The translations under genes were made by a program, and so were the position numbers. From the IMG/VR virus record IMGVR_UViG_3300029305_001083: a stretch of 20,000 bases of DNA. One strand, written 5' to 3'. Positions 1 to 8,527 of the stretch are shown here, piece by piece; positions within the stretch are counted from its first letter, which is position 1; each line of letters starts with the position of its first letter. The notes under the pieces are model-generated. The model had not been told where the DNA came from and made no database searches. It saw only the letters and a program-made list of their open reading frames with translations. Origin of the DNA: an uncultured virus (IMG/VR IMGVR_UViG_3300029305_001083) (Duplodnaviria > Heunggongvirae > Uroviricota > Caudoviricetes).

Positions 1-1674
1 CCAGTTTGTAAAGAAATCTCAATGGAGATGAACAGAATCGACGACCTAATTGCGAACCCTGGAATCTACTATGACGATCAAGCAATTAATGGGTTCATTG
101 AATTCTGTGAGAAAGAATTAACATTAACCGACGGAGGGGATCTACATCTATTGGACTCGTTCAAACTGTGGGCCGAACAAGTATTCGGATGGTACTACTT
201 TGTTGAACGAAGTGTGTTTGAACCATCGCCAGATGGACATGGTGGTAGATATGTAACTAAAAAGATAAAGAAACGTTTGATTAATAAACAGTATCTAATA
301 GTCGCAAGGGGTGCGGCAAAATCGATGTATGGTTCACTGATACAAAATTACTATCTTAACGTTGACGTTACAACCACTCACCAGATAACAACTGCGCCGA
401 CAATGAAACAAGCGGAGGAGATACTATCACCAATGCGTACATCTATTACCCGAGCAAAAGGACCTTTATTTCAATTCTTAACCGAAGGGTCTTTACAGAA
501 TACCACTGGCTCTAAAGCTAATAGAACAAAGCTAGCATCAACTAAGAAAGGGATAGAGAACTTCTTAACTGGTTCTTTATTGGAGATTAGACCTATGAAC
601 ATTAACAAACTTCAAGGTTTGCGTTGTAAAATCGCAACAGTTGACGAATGGTTATCGGGGGATATACGGGAGGACGTAATAGGTGCCATAGAACAAGGGG
701 CATCTAAATTAGATGATTATTTGATTATAGCTATGAGTTCAGAAGGTACTGTGCGTAATGGAAGTGGTGACACAATCAAAATGGAATTAATGGAAATCCT
801 TAAAGGTGAATATATTAATCCCCACGTATCGATTTGGTACTATCGTTTGGATGAAGTAGAAGAAGTAGGAGATCCCAGAACATGGTTGAAAGCAAACCCG
901 AATCTTGGTAAAACCGTAACATATGAAACTTATCAATTGGATGTAGAAAGAGCCGAGAAAGCACCGGCCGTTCGAAATGATATTCTAGCTAAACGTTTCG
1001 GAATACCAATGGAAGGTTATACATACTTCTTTACTTACGATGAAACACTACCACATAGACGAAGAGATTTCTGGGGTATGCCGTGTGCCATGGGAGCGGA
1101 CTTATCTCAGGGTGATGATTTCTGTGCGTTTACATTCTTATTCCCATTAAGAGATGGATCGTTTGGAATAAAGACTCGAAACTATATAACCGATAAGACA
1201 TTACATAAACTTCCAGGAGCAATGAGGTTGAAGTATGATGAATTTATGAGGGAAGGAAGCCTAATAGTTCTCGAAGGTACCGTTTTAGATATGGAGGAAG
1301 TTTATGATGACTTGGATGCACATATAGTCGATAGGGAATACGATATTCGATGCTTTGGGTTTGACCCTTATAACGCCAGAGCATTTGTTGAACGATGGGA
1401 ACGAGAAAACGGACCATTTGGTATAGAAAAAGTTATACAAGGAGCTAAAACCGAGTCAGTTCCATTAGGGGAACTTAAAAAGTTAGCAGAAGAAAGAATG
1501 TTAATCTTCGATGAAGAACTTATGACGTTTGCTATGGGGAATTGTATAACTCTAGAAGATACTAACGGTAATAGGAAGTTATTAAAAAGACGATATGACC
1601 AGAAGATAGATGCGGTTGCTGCGATGATGGATGGTTATGTCGCATATAAGTTAAATAAAGACGCCTTTGAGTAA
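1..1674 (+). CDS. terL: Terminase large subunit (5'-truncated at window edge)
   Basis: Frame is open from base 1 (PVCKEIS-MEMNRID), so the true start is probably upstream of the ATG at 22. Walker A-like IVARGAAKS, Walker B IATVDE, RNase H-like nuclease motifs GADLSQGDDF and KIDAVAAMMD. Lies upstream of the portal. Confidence 0.95.
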   Translation, partial: PVCKEISMEMNRIDDLIANPGIYYDDQAINGFIEFCEKELTLTDGGDLHLLDSFKLWAEQVFGWYYFVERSVFEPSPDGHGGRYVTKKIKKRLINKQYLIVARGAAKSMYGSLIQNYYLNVDVTTTHQITTAPTMKQAEEILSPMRTSITRAKGPLFQFLTEGSLQNTTGSKANRTKLASTKKGIENFLTGSLLEIRPMNINKLQGLRCKIATVDEWLSGDIREDVIGAIEQGASKLDDYLIIAMSSEGTVRNGSGDTIKMELMEILKGEYINPHVSIWYYRLDEVEEVGDPRTWLKANPNLGKTVTYETYQLDVERAEKAPAVRNDILAKRFGIPMEGYTYFFTYDETLPHRRRDFWGMPCAMGADLSQGDDFCAFTFLFPLRDGSFGIKTRNYITDKTLHKLPGAMRLKYDEFMREGSLIVLEGTVLDMEEVYDDLDAHIVDREYDIRCFGFDPYNARAFVERWERENGPFGIEKVIQGAKTESVPLGELKKLAEERMLIFDEELMTFAMGNCITLEDTNGNRKLLKRRYDQKIDAVAAMMDGYVAYKLNKDAFE

Positions 1675-1817
1675 GGGGGTGATAAGATGAACACTTGGAC
1701 TTGTACACGCCAAGGTGAGCTGTATCATCATGGTATTAAAGGACAAAAATGGGGTGTACGAAGATTTCAAAATAAAGACGGTTCTCTAACTCCTGCGGGT
1801 AGAAGAAGATATGACGA
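1672..1817 (+). repeat. 146-bp perfect direct repeat, copy 1 (TAA stop + RBS + first 43 codons of leader)
   Basis: Identical base for base to 2719-2864 (offset 1047), from TAAGGGGGTGATAAGATG to AGAAGATATGACGA. Confidence 0.98.
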
Positions 1818-2721
1818 ACCAAACAAGGGTCGAAAAAGTAATGGTGAGGAAATAACAATTGATGGACAGACTTTTAAAATCCATGGAAATAGACAATCTA
1901 ATAAATCATACGTCGATAAGGTTGAGAAAAAAGCAAAAGGTATGGGTTATAAAGTGGAAAGAAAGTCTAACGTAAACGAATCATCAAAAAATCAGACATT
2001 ATCCGACGAGGAGCGAAAAAGACGTATAAGAAGAAATGTAATGATCGGTGCCGGAGCTGTCGCGGCAGGATTAATCGTTATAGGGACTATGCGTTATGTT
2101 TCTAATAATAAGAAAATGGATTTAGCAAAAGGTGTGCAAGAGATTGGTTTTCGTAAAATGATTGGTGAAGAATTATCAGGAAAAGATACAATAATAAAAA
2201 AGGGTACAAAATTTCAACGTATAAGTTCTATGAAATTAGAAGACTATACTAATAAAGGTAGGGTTGTATATACTTCTTATTTAAAAGGTGATAACTCCAT
2301 ATATATGCGTGATATGCCAGATAATATAGCTCAATGGAGACGCTCGCATATCATAAATGATGGTGGAAAAGACGTATATCGACATCTGATGACTATGAAT
2401 AAAGATATTAAAGTGGCGTCACCTAGAAAGGTGTTGGAGGCATATGAGGCTGCTACTGGAAACAAACAACCTAAACATTATGAATACATGAATTTTATGA
2501 CCAATCTTGTTGATAGGGATAATGCTGATAATCAAAAATTCTTCGACTATTTAAGAAAAGCCGGTTATAACGCATTAGTTGATGAAAACGACTCAACTGC
2601 TTATACTAAGAAGCCGTTGATACTTCTTGACGCTGCTAGCGATATTGCGGGTGTTAAGACCGATAAAGTTGGCTGGTTTAATTCTATAATCAGCGTATTA
2701 ATGTATAGCGATAAAAGATAA
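1687..2721 (+). CDS. HHGIKGQKWGVRR-leader protein 1: constant leader, one hydrophobic segment, putative ART-like C-terminal domain
   Basis: 344 aa, RBS GGGGGTGA. The leader matches a motif I recall from phage head-module genes (recalled as DUF7211, not verified). Hydrophobic stretch VMIGAGAVAAGLIVIG. C-terminal motifs FQRIS / VYTSY / KDIKVAS / LRKAGYNALVDEND / PLILLD. The CDS is solid; the function is tentative. Confidence 0.75.
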   Translation: MNTWTCTRQGELYHHGIKGQKWGVRRFQNKDGSLTPAGRRRYDEPNKGRKSNGEEITIDGQTFKIHGNRQSNKSYVDKVEKKAKGMGYKVERKSNVNESSKNQTLSDEERKRRIRRNVMIGAGAVAAGLIVIGTMRYVSNNKKMDLAKGVQEIGFRKMIGEELSGKDTIIKKGTKFQRISSMKLEDYTNKGRVVYTSYLKGDNSIYMRDMPDNIAQWRRSHIINDGGKDVYRHLMTMNKDIKVASPRKVLEAYEAATGNKQPKHYEYMNFMTNLVDRDNADNQKFFDYLRKAGYNALVDENDSTAYTKKPLILLDAASDIAGVKTDKVGWFNSIISVLMYSDKR

Positions 2722-2864
2722 GGGGGTGATAAGATGAACACTTGGACTTGTACACGCCAAGGTGAGCTGTATCATCATGGTATTAAAGGACAAAAATGGG
2801 GTGTACGAAGATTTCAAAATAAAGACGGTTCTCTAACTCCTGCGGGTAGAAGAAGATATGACGA
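2719..2864 (+). repeat. 146-bp perfect direct repeat, copy 2
   Basis: Identical to 1672-1817. Confidence 0.98.
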
Positions 2865-3810
2865 CGATGGATCAACGGTTAAGGGTATGAAATACGGTGT
2901 CAATAAGAAGTTCTATAAGTCATATATGGATGAAGACCGAGTTCTCAAAGAGGGTAAACATATCCAAAACATAACATCCAATCAAGCTCGTGATTTATCT
3001 AGAGGAGCGCCCGTTTATGGAGCCCATACTAAGCATGATAAGAATGCGTATGCGGGTAGATATGCTATGGGTAAACTTGCCCTAGGGGAAAAAGCGATTA
3101 AAAACGATTTGGTTTTACTTAAAGATGTTAAGGTCGCTTCCCAAAAACAAGCTGTTGATACCTTTATGGAAATGTATAAAAAGGACCCGAAAGGTGTTGC
3201 TGAATCTATAGGTAGAGCGTATGCTGAAATAGATTTCCTTAATGGTATATCTAGATTCAGGGAATGGAATGCTAAACGAGTTGCGGATAAATACGGCAAA
3301 AAGGGAGAAGACTGGGTTAAGTCTAAAGGGTATTTATTATTTAATCAATCCATGATGTCTACGAAAGAAGCTGAAGCTAGAAATAGATACTATGAACTCT
3401 TAACTAAGAAAGGATACGACGCGATAAGTGATATTAATGATATTCAGACTGGTTATAATTCCGACGACCCTATTATCTTCTTTAATGCGAAGTCAACGAT
3501 GAAGAATGTTAGCCAAAAAGAATTAACTCTCGGAGATATAGAGTTGGCAAAAGCTAGATATGAGTATGATGAGGCTCGTAGATTAAGTCCTATTTGGAGA
3601 ACTATCGATAAGATGACATACCAACAACATTCGAATGCCAAAACGAACCTGAGAGCAGCCGAAAGAAGAAACGATGTTAAAAAGCAAGATTCATATGTAA
3701 AAGAAAGAGCTGAGTTAGATAGAAAAGTTAAGCAATACAAGAAGGAACACCCTAATACTAAATTAACGAATTCAGAAATAGAAACTATGCTACAAGCTGA
3801 AGAGACATAG
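2734..3810 (+). CDS. HHGIKGQKWGVRR-leader protein 2: constant leader, putative ART-like domain, charged helical C-terminus
   Basis: 358 aa with the same first 43 residues as 1687..2721. Paralogous motifs IQNIT / VYGAH / KDVKVAS / LTKKGYDAISDIND / PIIFFN. Ends YKKEHPNTKLTNSEI. Confidence 0.75.
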   Translation: MNTWTCTRQGELYHHGIKGQKWGVRRFQNKDGSLTPAGRRRYDDDGSTVKGMKYGVNKKFYKSYMDEDRVLKEGKHIQNITSNQARDLSRGAPVYGAHTKHDKNAYAGRYAMGKLALGEKAIKNDLVLLKDVKVASQKQAVDTFMEMYKKDPKGVAESIGRAYAEIDFLNGISRFREWNAKRVADKYGKKGEDWVKSKGYLLFNQSMMSTKEAEARNRYYELLTKKGYDAISDINDIQTGYNSDDPIIFFNAKSTMKNVSQKELTLGDIELAKARYEYDEARRLSPIWRTIDKMTYQQHSNAKTNLRAAERRNDVKKQDSYVKERAELDRKVKQYKKEHPNTKLTNSEIETMLQAEET

Positions 3811-3830
3811 AAAGGGGGTGAAAATTCAAA

Positions 3831-5075
3831 ATGAGAATGAGAGATAGACTACAACATGCTTGGAATGCGTTCGTCTATAATGATAACACTTATACCAACC
3901 CTCAAAATTTAGGTGGGTTTAGTACCTTCAAGCCGGATAGAGTTCATTTTTCGAGAGGTGTTGAAAAGTCAATAGTAACATCGGTGTATAATCGTTTAGC
4001 TTTGGATGTCGCGTCCCTTGCGATAAAACATGTTCGTTTGGATGAAAACGGTAGATATATGGAGGAAGTAAATTCTGGCTTACAAAATTGCTTGACCGTT
4101 GAAGCTAACATCGACCAAACAGGCAGAGCATTCTTACAAGATGTGGTAATGTCTATGTTGGACGAAGGATGTGTTGCTATTGTGCCGGTAGACACAACTG
4201 TAAATCCGGCAGTATCTGGTTCTTATGAGATAAACACAATGCGAACAGGAAAGATATTAGAGTGGTATCCGGCACATGTGAGAATCAGAGTGTATAACGA
4301 TAAGAAAGGTATACATGAAGAGATAACACTTCCAAAATCATCGGTAGCAATAATTGAAAACCCACTATATGCTGTCATCAATGAACCGAATTCAACAATG
4401 CAGCGTCTAATAAGAAAATTAAATTTATTAGATGTCGTAGACGAGCAGACAAGTTCTGGAAAACTTGACCTAATCATCCAATTACCATACGTTATTAAAA
4501 GTGAAGCCAGAAGAAGACAAGCCGAGGAACGCAGAAAAGACATCGAAATGCAATTATCGGGCTCTAAGTATGGTATAGCTTATACGGATGGAACCGAAAG
4601 AATTACACAATTGAATAGACCTGCCGAAAACAACTTAATGAAACAAGTTGAGTATTTAACTAGCATGCTCTATAGTCAATTAGGACTAACACAAAGTATT
4701 ATGGATGGAAGCGCGGATGAGAAAACAATGTTAAACTATTATAATAGAACAATCGAACCTATTATCGCGGCAATAGTAGATGAAATGAAACGTAAATTCT
4801 TGACGAAAACCGCTAGATCACAAAGACAAACGGTTATGTATTTCCGAGACCCATTTAAGTTAGTACCAGTAAATGAAATAGCTGAAATAGCCGATAAATT
4901 TACTAGAAATGAAATTATGACATCTAACGAAATAAGACAAGTAGTGGGAATGAGACCTTCGGATGACCCATCGGCAGACGAACTACGTAATAAGAACCTA
5001 AATCAATCAGGTGAAGAGATTGAAGCAAAACAGGCTCCTGAGAAAATTCAAAATGAAAAAGAGGTGACTGAATAA
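3831..5075 (+). CDS. Phage portal protein
   Basis: 414 aa between terL and the protease/capsid gene. HK97-type portal features: N-terminal VYNRLALDVASL and C-terminal IMTSNEIRQVVGMRP. RBS AAGGGGGTGA at 3812-3821. Confidence 0.92.
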   Translation: MRMRDRLQHAWNAFVYNDNTYTNPQNLGGFSTFKPDRVHFSRGVEKSIVTSVYNRLALDVASLAIKHVRLDENGRYMEEVNSGLQNCLTVEANIDQTGRAFLQDVVMSMLDEGCVAIVPVDTTVNPAVSGSYEINTMRTGKILEWYPAHVRIRVYNDKKGIHEEITLPKSSVAIIENPLYAVINEPNSTMQRLIRKLNLLDVVDEQTSSGKLDLIIQLPYVIKSEARRRQAEERRKDIEMQLSGSKYGIAYTDGTERITQLNRPAENNLMKQVEYLTSMLYSQLGLTQSIMDGSADEKTMLNYYNRTIEPIIAAIVDEMKRKFLTKTARSQRQTVMYFRDPFKLVPVNEIAEIADKFTRNEIMTSNEIRQVVGMRPSDDPSADELRNKNLNQSGEEIEAKQAPEKIQNEKEVTE

Positions 5076-6763
5076 TGAAATACGATTTCAGTGGATGGGC
5101 TACTAAGAATAATCTTAAATGTTCAGATGGTAGAACTATCCTACGAGATGCATTTAAACATAACGATGGACAAACCGTTCCGTTAGTATGGAACCACCAA
5201 CACAATGACCCATTGAATGTGTTAGGGCATGCATTACTTGAGAATAGAGAATCTGGTGTATATGCTTATTGTAAATTCAATGAGACTGAAGCTGGTAAAA
5301 ATGCAAAAATGTTAGTGGAACATGGCGATGTAACAGCGTTATCAATTTATGCAAATCAATTAAAACAAAAAGGCGGTAACGTCGAACACGGTGTTATTCG
5401 TGAAGTAAGTTTAGTGCTAGCTGGAGCTAATCCAGGGGCATTTATTGACTCTATCTTACGTCATGGGGAAGCTTCAGACGAAGAAGGGGTTATTTATACT
5501 GGTGAGAATATCGAATTAGCTCACGCAGAAGAAAAGAAAGAGGAGGAGAAAGAAGTGGCAGATAATAAAGAAAGAACAGTTCAAGATGTTGTTGATAGTA
5601 TGACTGAAGAACAACGCAATGTTATGTACGCTTTAATTGGACAAGCCTTAGAAGGCTCAGATGTTAAACATTCAGATGAATATGAAAATGGAGGAGACGA
5701 TGAGATGAAACATAATGTATTTGAAAGTGAAAATATTCAAGGAGCTAATTCTAATGAATTAACTCATGCTGAGATGCAAACTATATTAAAAGATGCTAAG
5801 AGATATGGTTCTTTACGTGAAAGCTGCTTACAACACGGTATCGAACATATCGATGAACCTGGATATTTATTCCCAGAATTCAAAAATTTAAACCGTGAAC
5901 CAGAATTTGTTGGTCGCGACCAAGGATGGGTTGGAGTTGTAATGTCTGGAGTACACCGCACACCATTCTCTCGTATCAAATCTTTACAAGCTGATATTCG
6001 TGAAGACGAAGCTCGTGCATTAGGTTACATTAAAGGTAACATGAAAAAAGAAGAAGTATTCACATTATTAAAACGTACTACTGACCCACAAACTGTGTAT
6101 AAAAAACAAAAATTACATCGAGATGATGTATTGGATATCACAGATTTCGATGTTGTAGCATTTATTAAAAAAGAAATGCGTATGATGTTAGAAGAAGAAA
6201 TCGCTCGTGCTATCTTAATCGGTGATGGACGTTTACCAGATTCAGATGATAAAATTCAACAAAGCCATATTCGTTCAATCGCAAACGAAGAAGAATTATA
6301 CTGCATCAAATACGACGTTAAACCTGCTGAAAATACACCAGAAGCTAAAGCTAAAGAAATGATTCGTTCGGCTTTACGTGCTCGCGTTGATTATAAAGGT
6401 TCTGGAGAACCAACATTATTTACTACAGAAGCTGTTGTAACTGAAATGTTATTATTAGAAGATAAAAATGGACGCGTTATCTATGATTCAGTTTCTAAAT
6501 TAGCTACAGCTATGCGTGTTAAAAACATCGTAACAGTTCCAGTTATGGAAGGCGCTCAAAACCTTGATAAAACTAAAAACATCTTAGGTATTATCGTTAA
6601 CTTACGTGACTATAATGTTGGTGCAGATAAAGGTGGAGCTGTATCAATGTTCGAAGATTTCGATATCGACTACAATGCTCAAAAATACTTAATTGAAACA
6701 CGTTGCTCTGGAGCATTAATTAAACCATTCTCAGCTATCGTATTACAAGAAGACCCTCAATAA
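5075..6763 (+). CDS. Fused prohead protease / scaffold-like linker / major capsid protein (HK97 fold)
   Basis: 562 aa, TAATG coupling to the portal. N-terminal ~130 aa resemble HK97 gp4-type proteases (VPLVWNHQH, LSIYAN, IREVSLVLAGANPGA). An acidic linker follows. C-terminal ~310 aa are capsid-like (EEEIARAILIGDG, FEDFDIDYN...ETRCSGALIKPFSAIVL). Confidence 0.92.
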   Translation: MKYDFSGWATKNNLKCSDGRTILRDAFKHNDGQTVPLVWNHQHNDPLNVLGHALLENRESGVYAYCKFNETEAGKNAKMLVEHGDVTALSIYANQLKQKGGNVEHGVIREVSLVLAGANPGAFIDSILRHGEASDEEGVIYTGENIELAHAEEKKEEEKEVADNKERTVQDVVDSMTEEQRNVMYALIGQALEGSDVKHSDEYENGGDDEMKHNVFESENIQGANSNELTHAEMQTILKDAKRYGSLRESCLQHGIEHIDEPGYLFPEFKNLNREPEFVGRDQGWVGVVMSGVHRTPFSRIKSLQADIREDEARALGYIKGNMKKEEVFTLLKRTTDPQTVYKKQKLHRDDVLDITDFDVVAFIKKEMRMMLEEEIARAILIGDGRLPDSDDKIQQSHIRSIANEEELYCIKYDVKPAENTPEAKAKEMIRSALRARVDYKGSGEPTLFTTEAVVTEMLLLEDKNGRVIYDSVSKLATAMRVKNIVTVPVMEGAQNLDKTKNILGIIVNLRDYNVGADKGGAVSMFEDFDIDYNAQKYLIETRCSGALIKPFSAIVLQEDPQ

Positions 6764-6778
6764 TAGGAGAAATTCAAA

Positions 6779-7093
6779 ATGGCTAAATTCTATGGGGTAA
6801 TTGGCTATGCTGTAACCGAAGAAACAGAGCCGGGTATCTATGAAGAACGAATTATAGAAAAAGAACATTTCGGAGATGTAATTAGAAACACTCGTAGATT
6901 AAGTAATGCGGCAAAAGTGAATGATGATATCACCATCTCAAATCAAATAAGTATAGTAGCAGACCCATTCGCAAATAATAACTTTCATTCAATGCGATAT
7001 GTTTCATTTATGGGTTCGAAATGGAAAGTAACCGAAGTAGAAGTCCAATACCCTAGATTGATATTGACGTTAGGGGGAGTGTATAATGGATAG
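6779..7093 (+). CDS. Putative head-closure / head-tail joining protein
   Basis: 104 aa, beta-rich, directly after the capsid gene. VSFMGSKWKVTEVE resembles SPP1 gp16-like stoppers. RBS AGGAG. Confidence 0.65.
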   Translation: MAKFYGVIGYAVTEETEPGIYEERIIEKEHFGDVIRNTRRLSNAAKVNDDITISNQISIVADPFANNNFHSMRYVSFMGSKWKVTEVEVQYPRLILTLGGVYNG

Positions 7094-7394
7094 ACGAATC
7101 GAACTACACGATAAATTAATCGATATACTTGGAAATAGAAATGTATATTTTCAACCCCCAGCGTCGGTACAACTCTCTTATCCGTGTGTTATTTATAATC
7201 TTGGAACTGGCGATATTAAACGTGCGGATAATTCGGTTTACACTTATACCAATAGTTATGAGGTAATGTTTATTTACAAAAGACCAAACATGGAAATTCT
7301 TGAGACAATGTTAACCACATTTTCAATGTGCAGCGTATCAAGGGTCTATGTTGCTGATAACTTGAATCATTATACATTTAATTTATATTATTAA
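7086..7394 (+). CDS. Putative tail terminator / tail completion protein
   Basis: 102 aa with NVYFQPP...LSYPCVIY motif, immediately before the major tail gene. RBS GGGGGAG. Confidence 0.65.
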   Translation: MDRRIELHDKLIDILGNRNVYFQPPASVQLSYPCVIYNLGTGDIKRADNSVYTYTNSYEVMFIYKRPNMEILETMLTTFSMCSVSRVYVADNLNHYTFNLYY

Positions 7395-7410
7395 ATAAGG
7401 AGGAAATGAA

Positions 7411-8061
7411 ATGGCAAAATTAGTATTTAACAACGTCGGTGAACGTTTATTCGAAACCGGAGTTAAAAACGGCGTTCTTTATGTTATGGGGGACAACGGT
7501 GCTTATGAAACTGGTGTGGTATGGAATGGGTTAACTTCTGTTACAGAAAGTCCATCTGGGGCAGAAACAACTCCATTATATGCGGATGATGTAAAATACG
7601 TAGTAATCTATGCGGCGGAAGAATTCGGAGCAACAGTTGAAGCTTATACTTATCCAGAAGAATTCGAACAATGTGACGGTAGCGCAGCAATTTCTGATGG
7701 TATTACAATCGGACAACAAACACGTAAATCATTTGGTATGTGTTATAAAACTTCTGTTGGTAACGACGTACAAGGACAAGATTATGGATACAAAATTCAT
7801 ATTATTTATGGGGCTAAAGCTGCACCATCTGAAAAATCTTATTCTACAATCAATGATAGCCCAGAAGCAGTAACATTTAGCTGGGAGTTATCAACTGTTC
7901 CAGTACCAGTTGAAGGTCACAACCCAACTGCTACAATGGTAATCGATTCTACTCGTGTTCCAGCTGAGAAAATGGCATTAATCGAAGCTAAATTATATGG
8001 GTCGGAAGAAGGAGAAGCAACTTTACCATTACCGGATGAAATCTTAGCGTTAATTAAATAG
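7411..8061 (+). CDS. Major tail (tube) protein
   Basis: 216 aa, RBS AAGGAGG. Motifs ETGVKNGVLY, WNGLTSVTESPSGAE, LYADD, APSEKSYSTINDSPE are typical of siphovirus tube proteins. Synteny agrees. Confidence 0.9.
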   Translation: MAKLVFNNVGERLFETGVKNGVLYVMGDNGAYETGVVWNGLTSVTESPSGAETTPLYADDVKYVVIYAAEEFGATVEAYTYPEEFEQCDGSAAISDGITIGQQTRKSFGMCYKTSVGNDVQGQDYGYKIHIIYGAKAAPSEKSYSTINDSPEAVTFSWELSTVPVPVEGHNPTATMVIDSTRVPAEKMALIEAKLYGSEEGEATLPLPDEILALIK

Positions 8062-8070
8062 TTTATATTT

Positions 8071-8105
8071 GGGCCTCGCGGTAAATCGTGAGGCTCTTAG
8101 ATTTT
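8071..8105 (+). terminator. Stem-loop after major tail gene (weak intrinsic terminator or mRNA-stabilising hairpin)
   Basis: GGGCCTCGCGG-TAAA-TCGTGAGGCTC forms an 11-bp stem with 3 G-U pairs, followed by TTAGATTTT. Confidence 0.7.
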
Positions 8106-8142
8106 ACAAAATACAAAAATACTAATAAGGAGAGATGAATGT

Positions 8143-8511
8143 ATGTTAAAGAAAACAGTTACTTATGTTGATTATAATGGTGTTGAAAGAACAGAGGATT
8201 TCTACTTTAATTTATCTAAAGCCGAGGTTACGGAAATGGAACTATCCGTTCGAGGTGGTTTATCTGCAATGTTAGAAGAATTAGTTAAATCGGGAGATAA
8301 TGCGAGAATCGTAGAGATTTTTAAGGATTTAGTTTTAAGATCATACGGTGAGAAATCAGCAGATGGTAAACGATTCGTAAAAAGTAAAGAACTTTCGGAA
8401 GCATTCTCACAAACAGAAGCATATAGTGAAATCTTTATGGAGCTAGCGTTAGATGAAAAAGCCGCAGCGGCTTTCGTAAATGGAATCCTACCGGCAAACC
8501 TAACCAAATAA
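8143..8511 (+). CDS. Tail assembly chaperone
   Basis: 122 aa acidic, helical protein directly after the major tail gene. RBS AAGGAG. Confidence 0.7.
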   Translation: MLKKTVTYVDYNGVERTEDFYFNLSKAEVTEMELSVRGGLSAMLEELVKSGDNARIVEIFKDLVLRSYGEKSADGKRFVKSKELSEAFSQTEAYSEIFMELALDEKAAAAFVNGILPANLTK

Positions 8512-8527
8512 ATCTAGGTGATGTCAC

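Noticed and set aside
1672..2864. 146-bp repeats as IS ends, att sites or intron boundaries
   Set aside because: They are direct, coding repeats. There is no transposase, integrase, homing endonuclease, inverted terminus or target duplication, and terL and the portal are uninterrupted.
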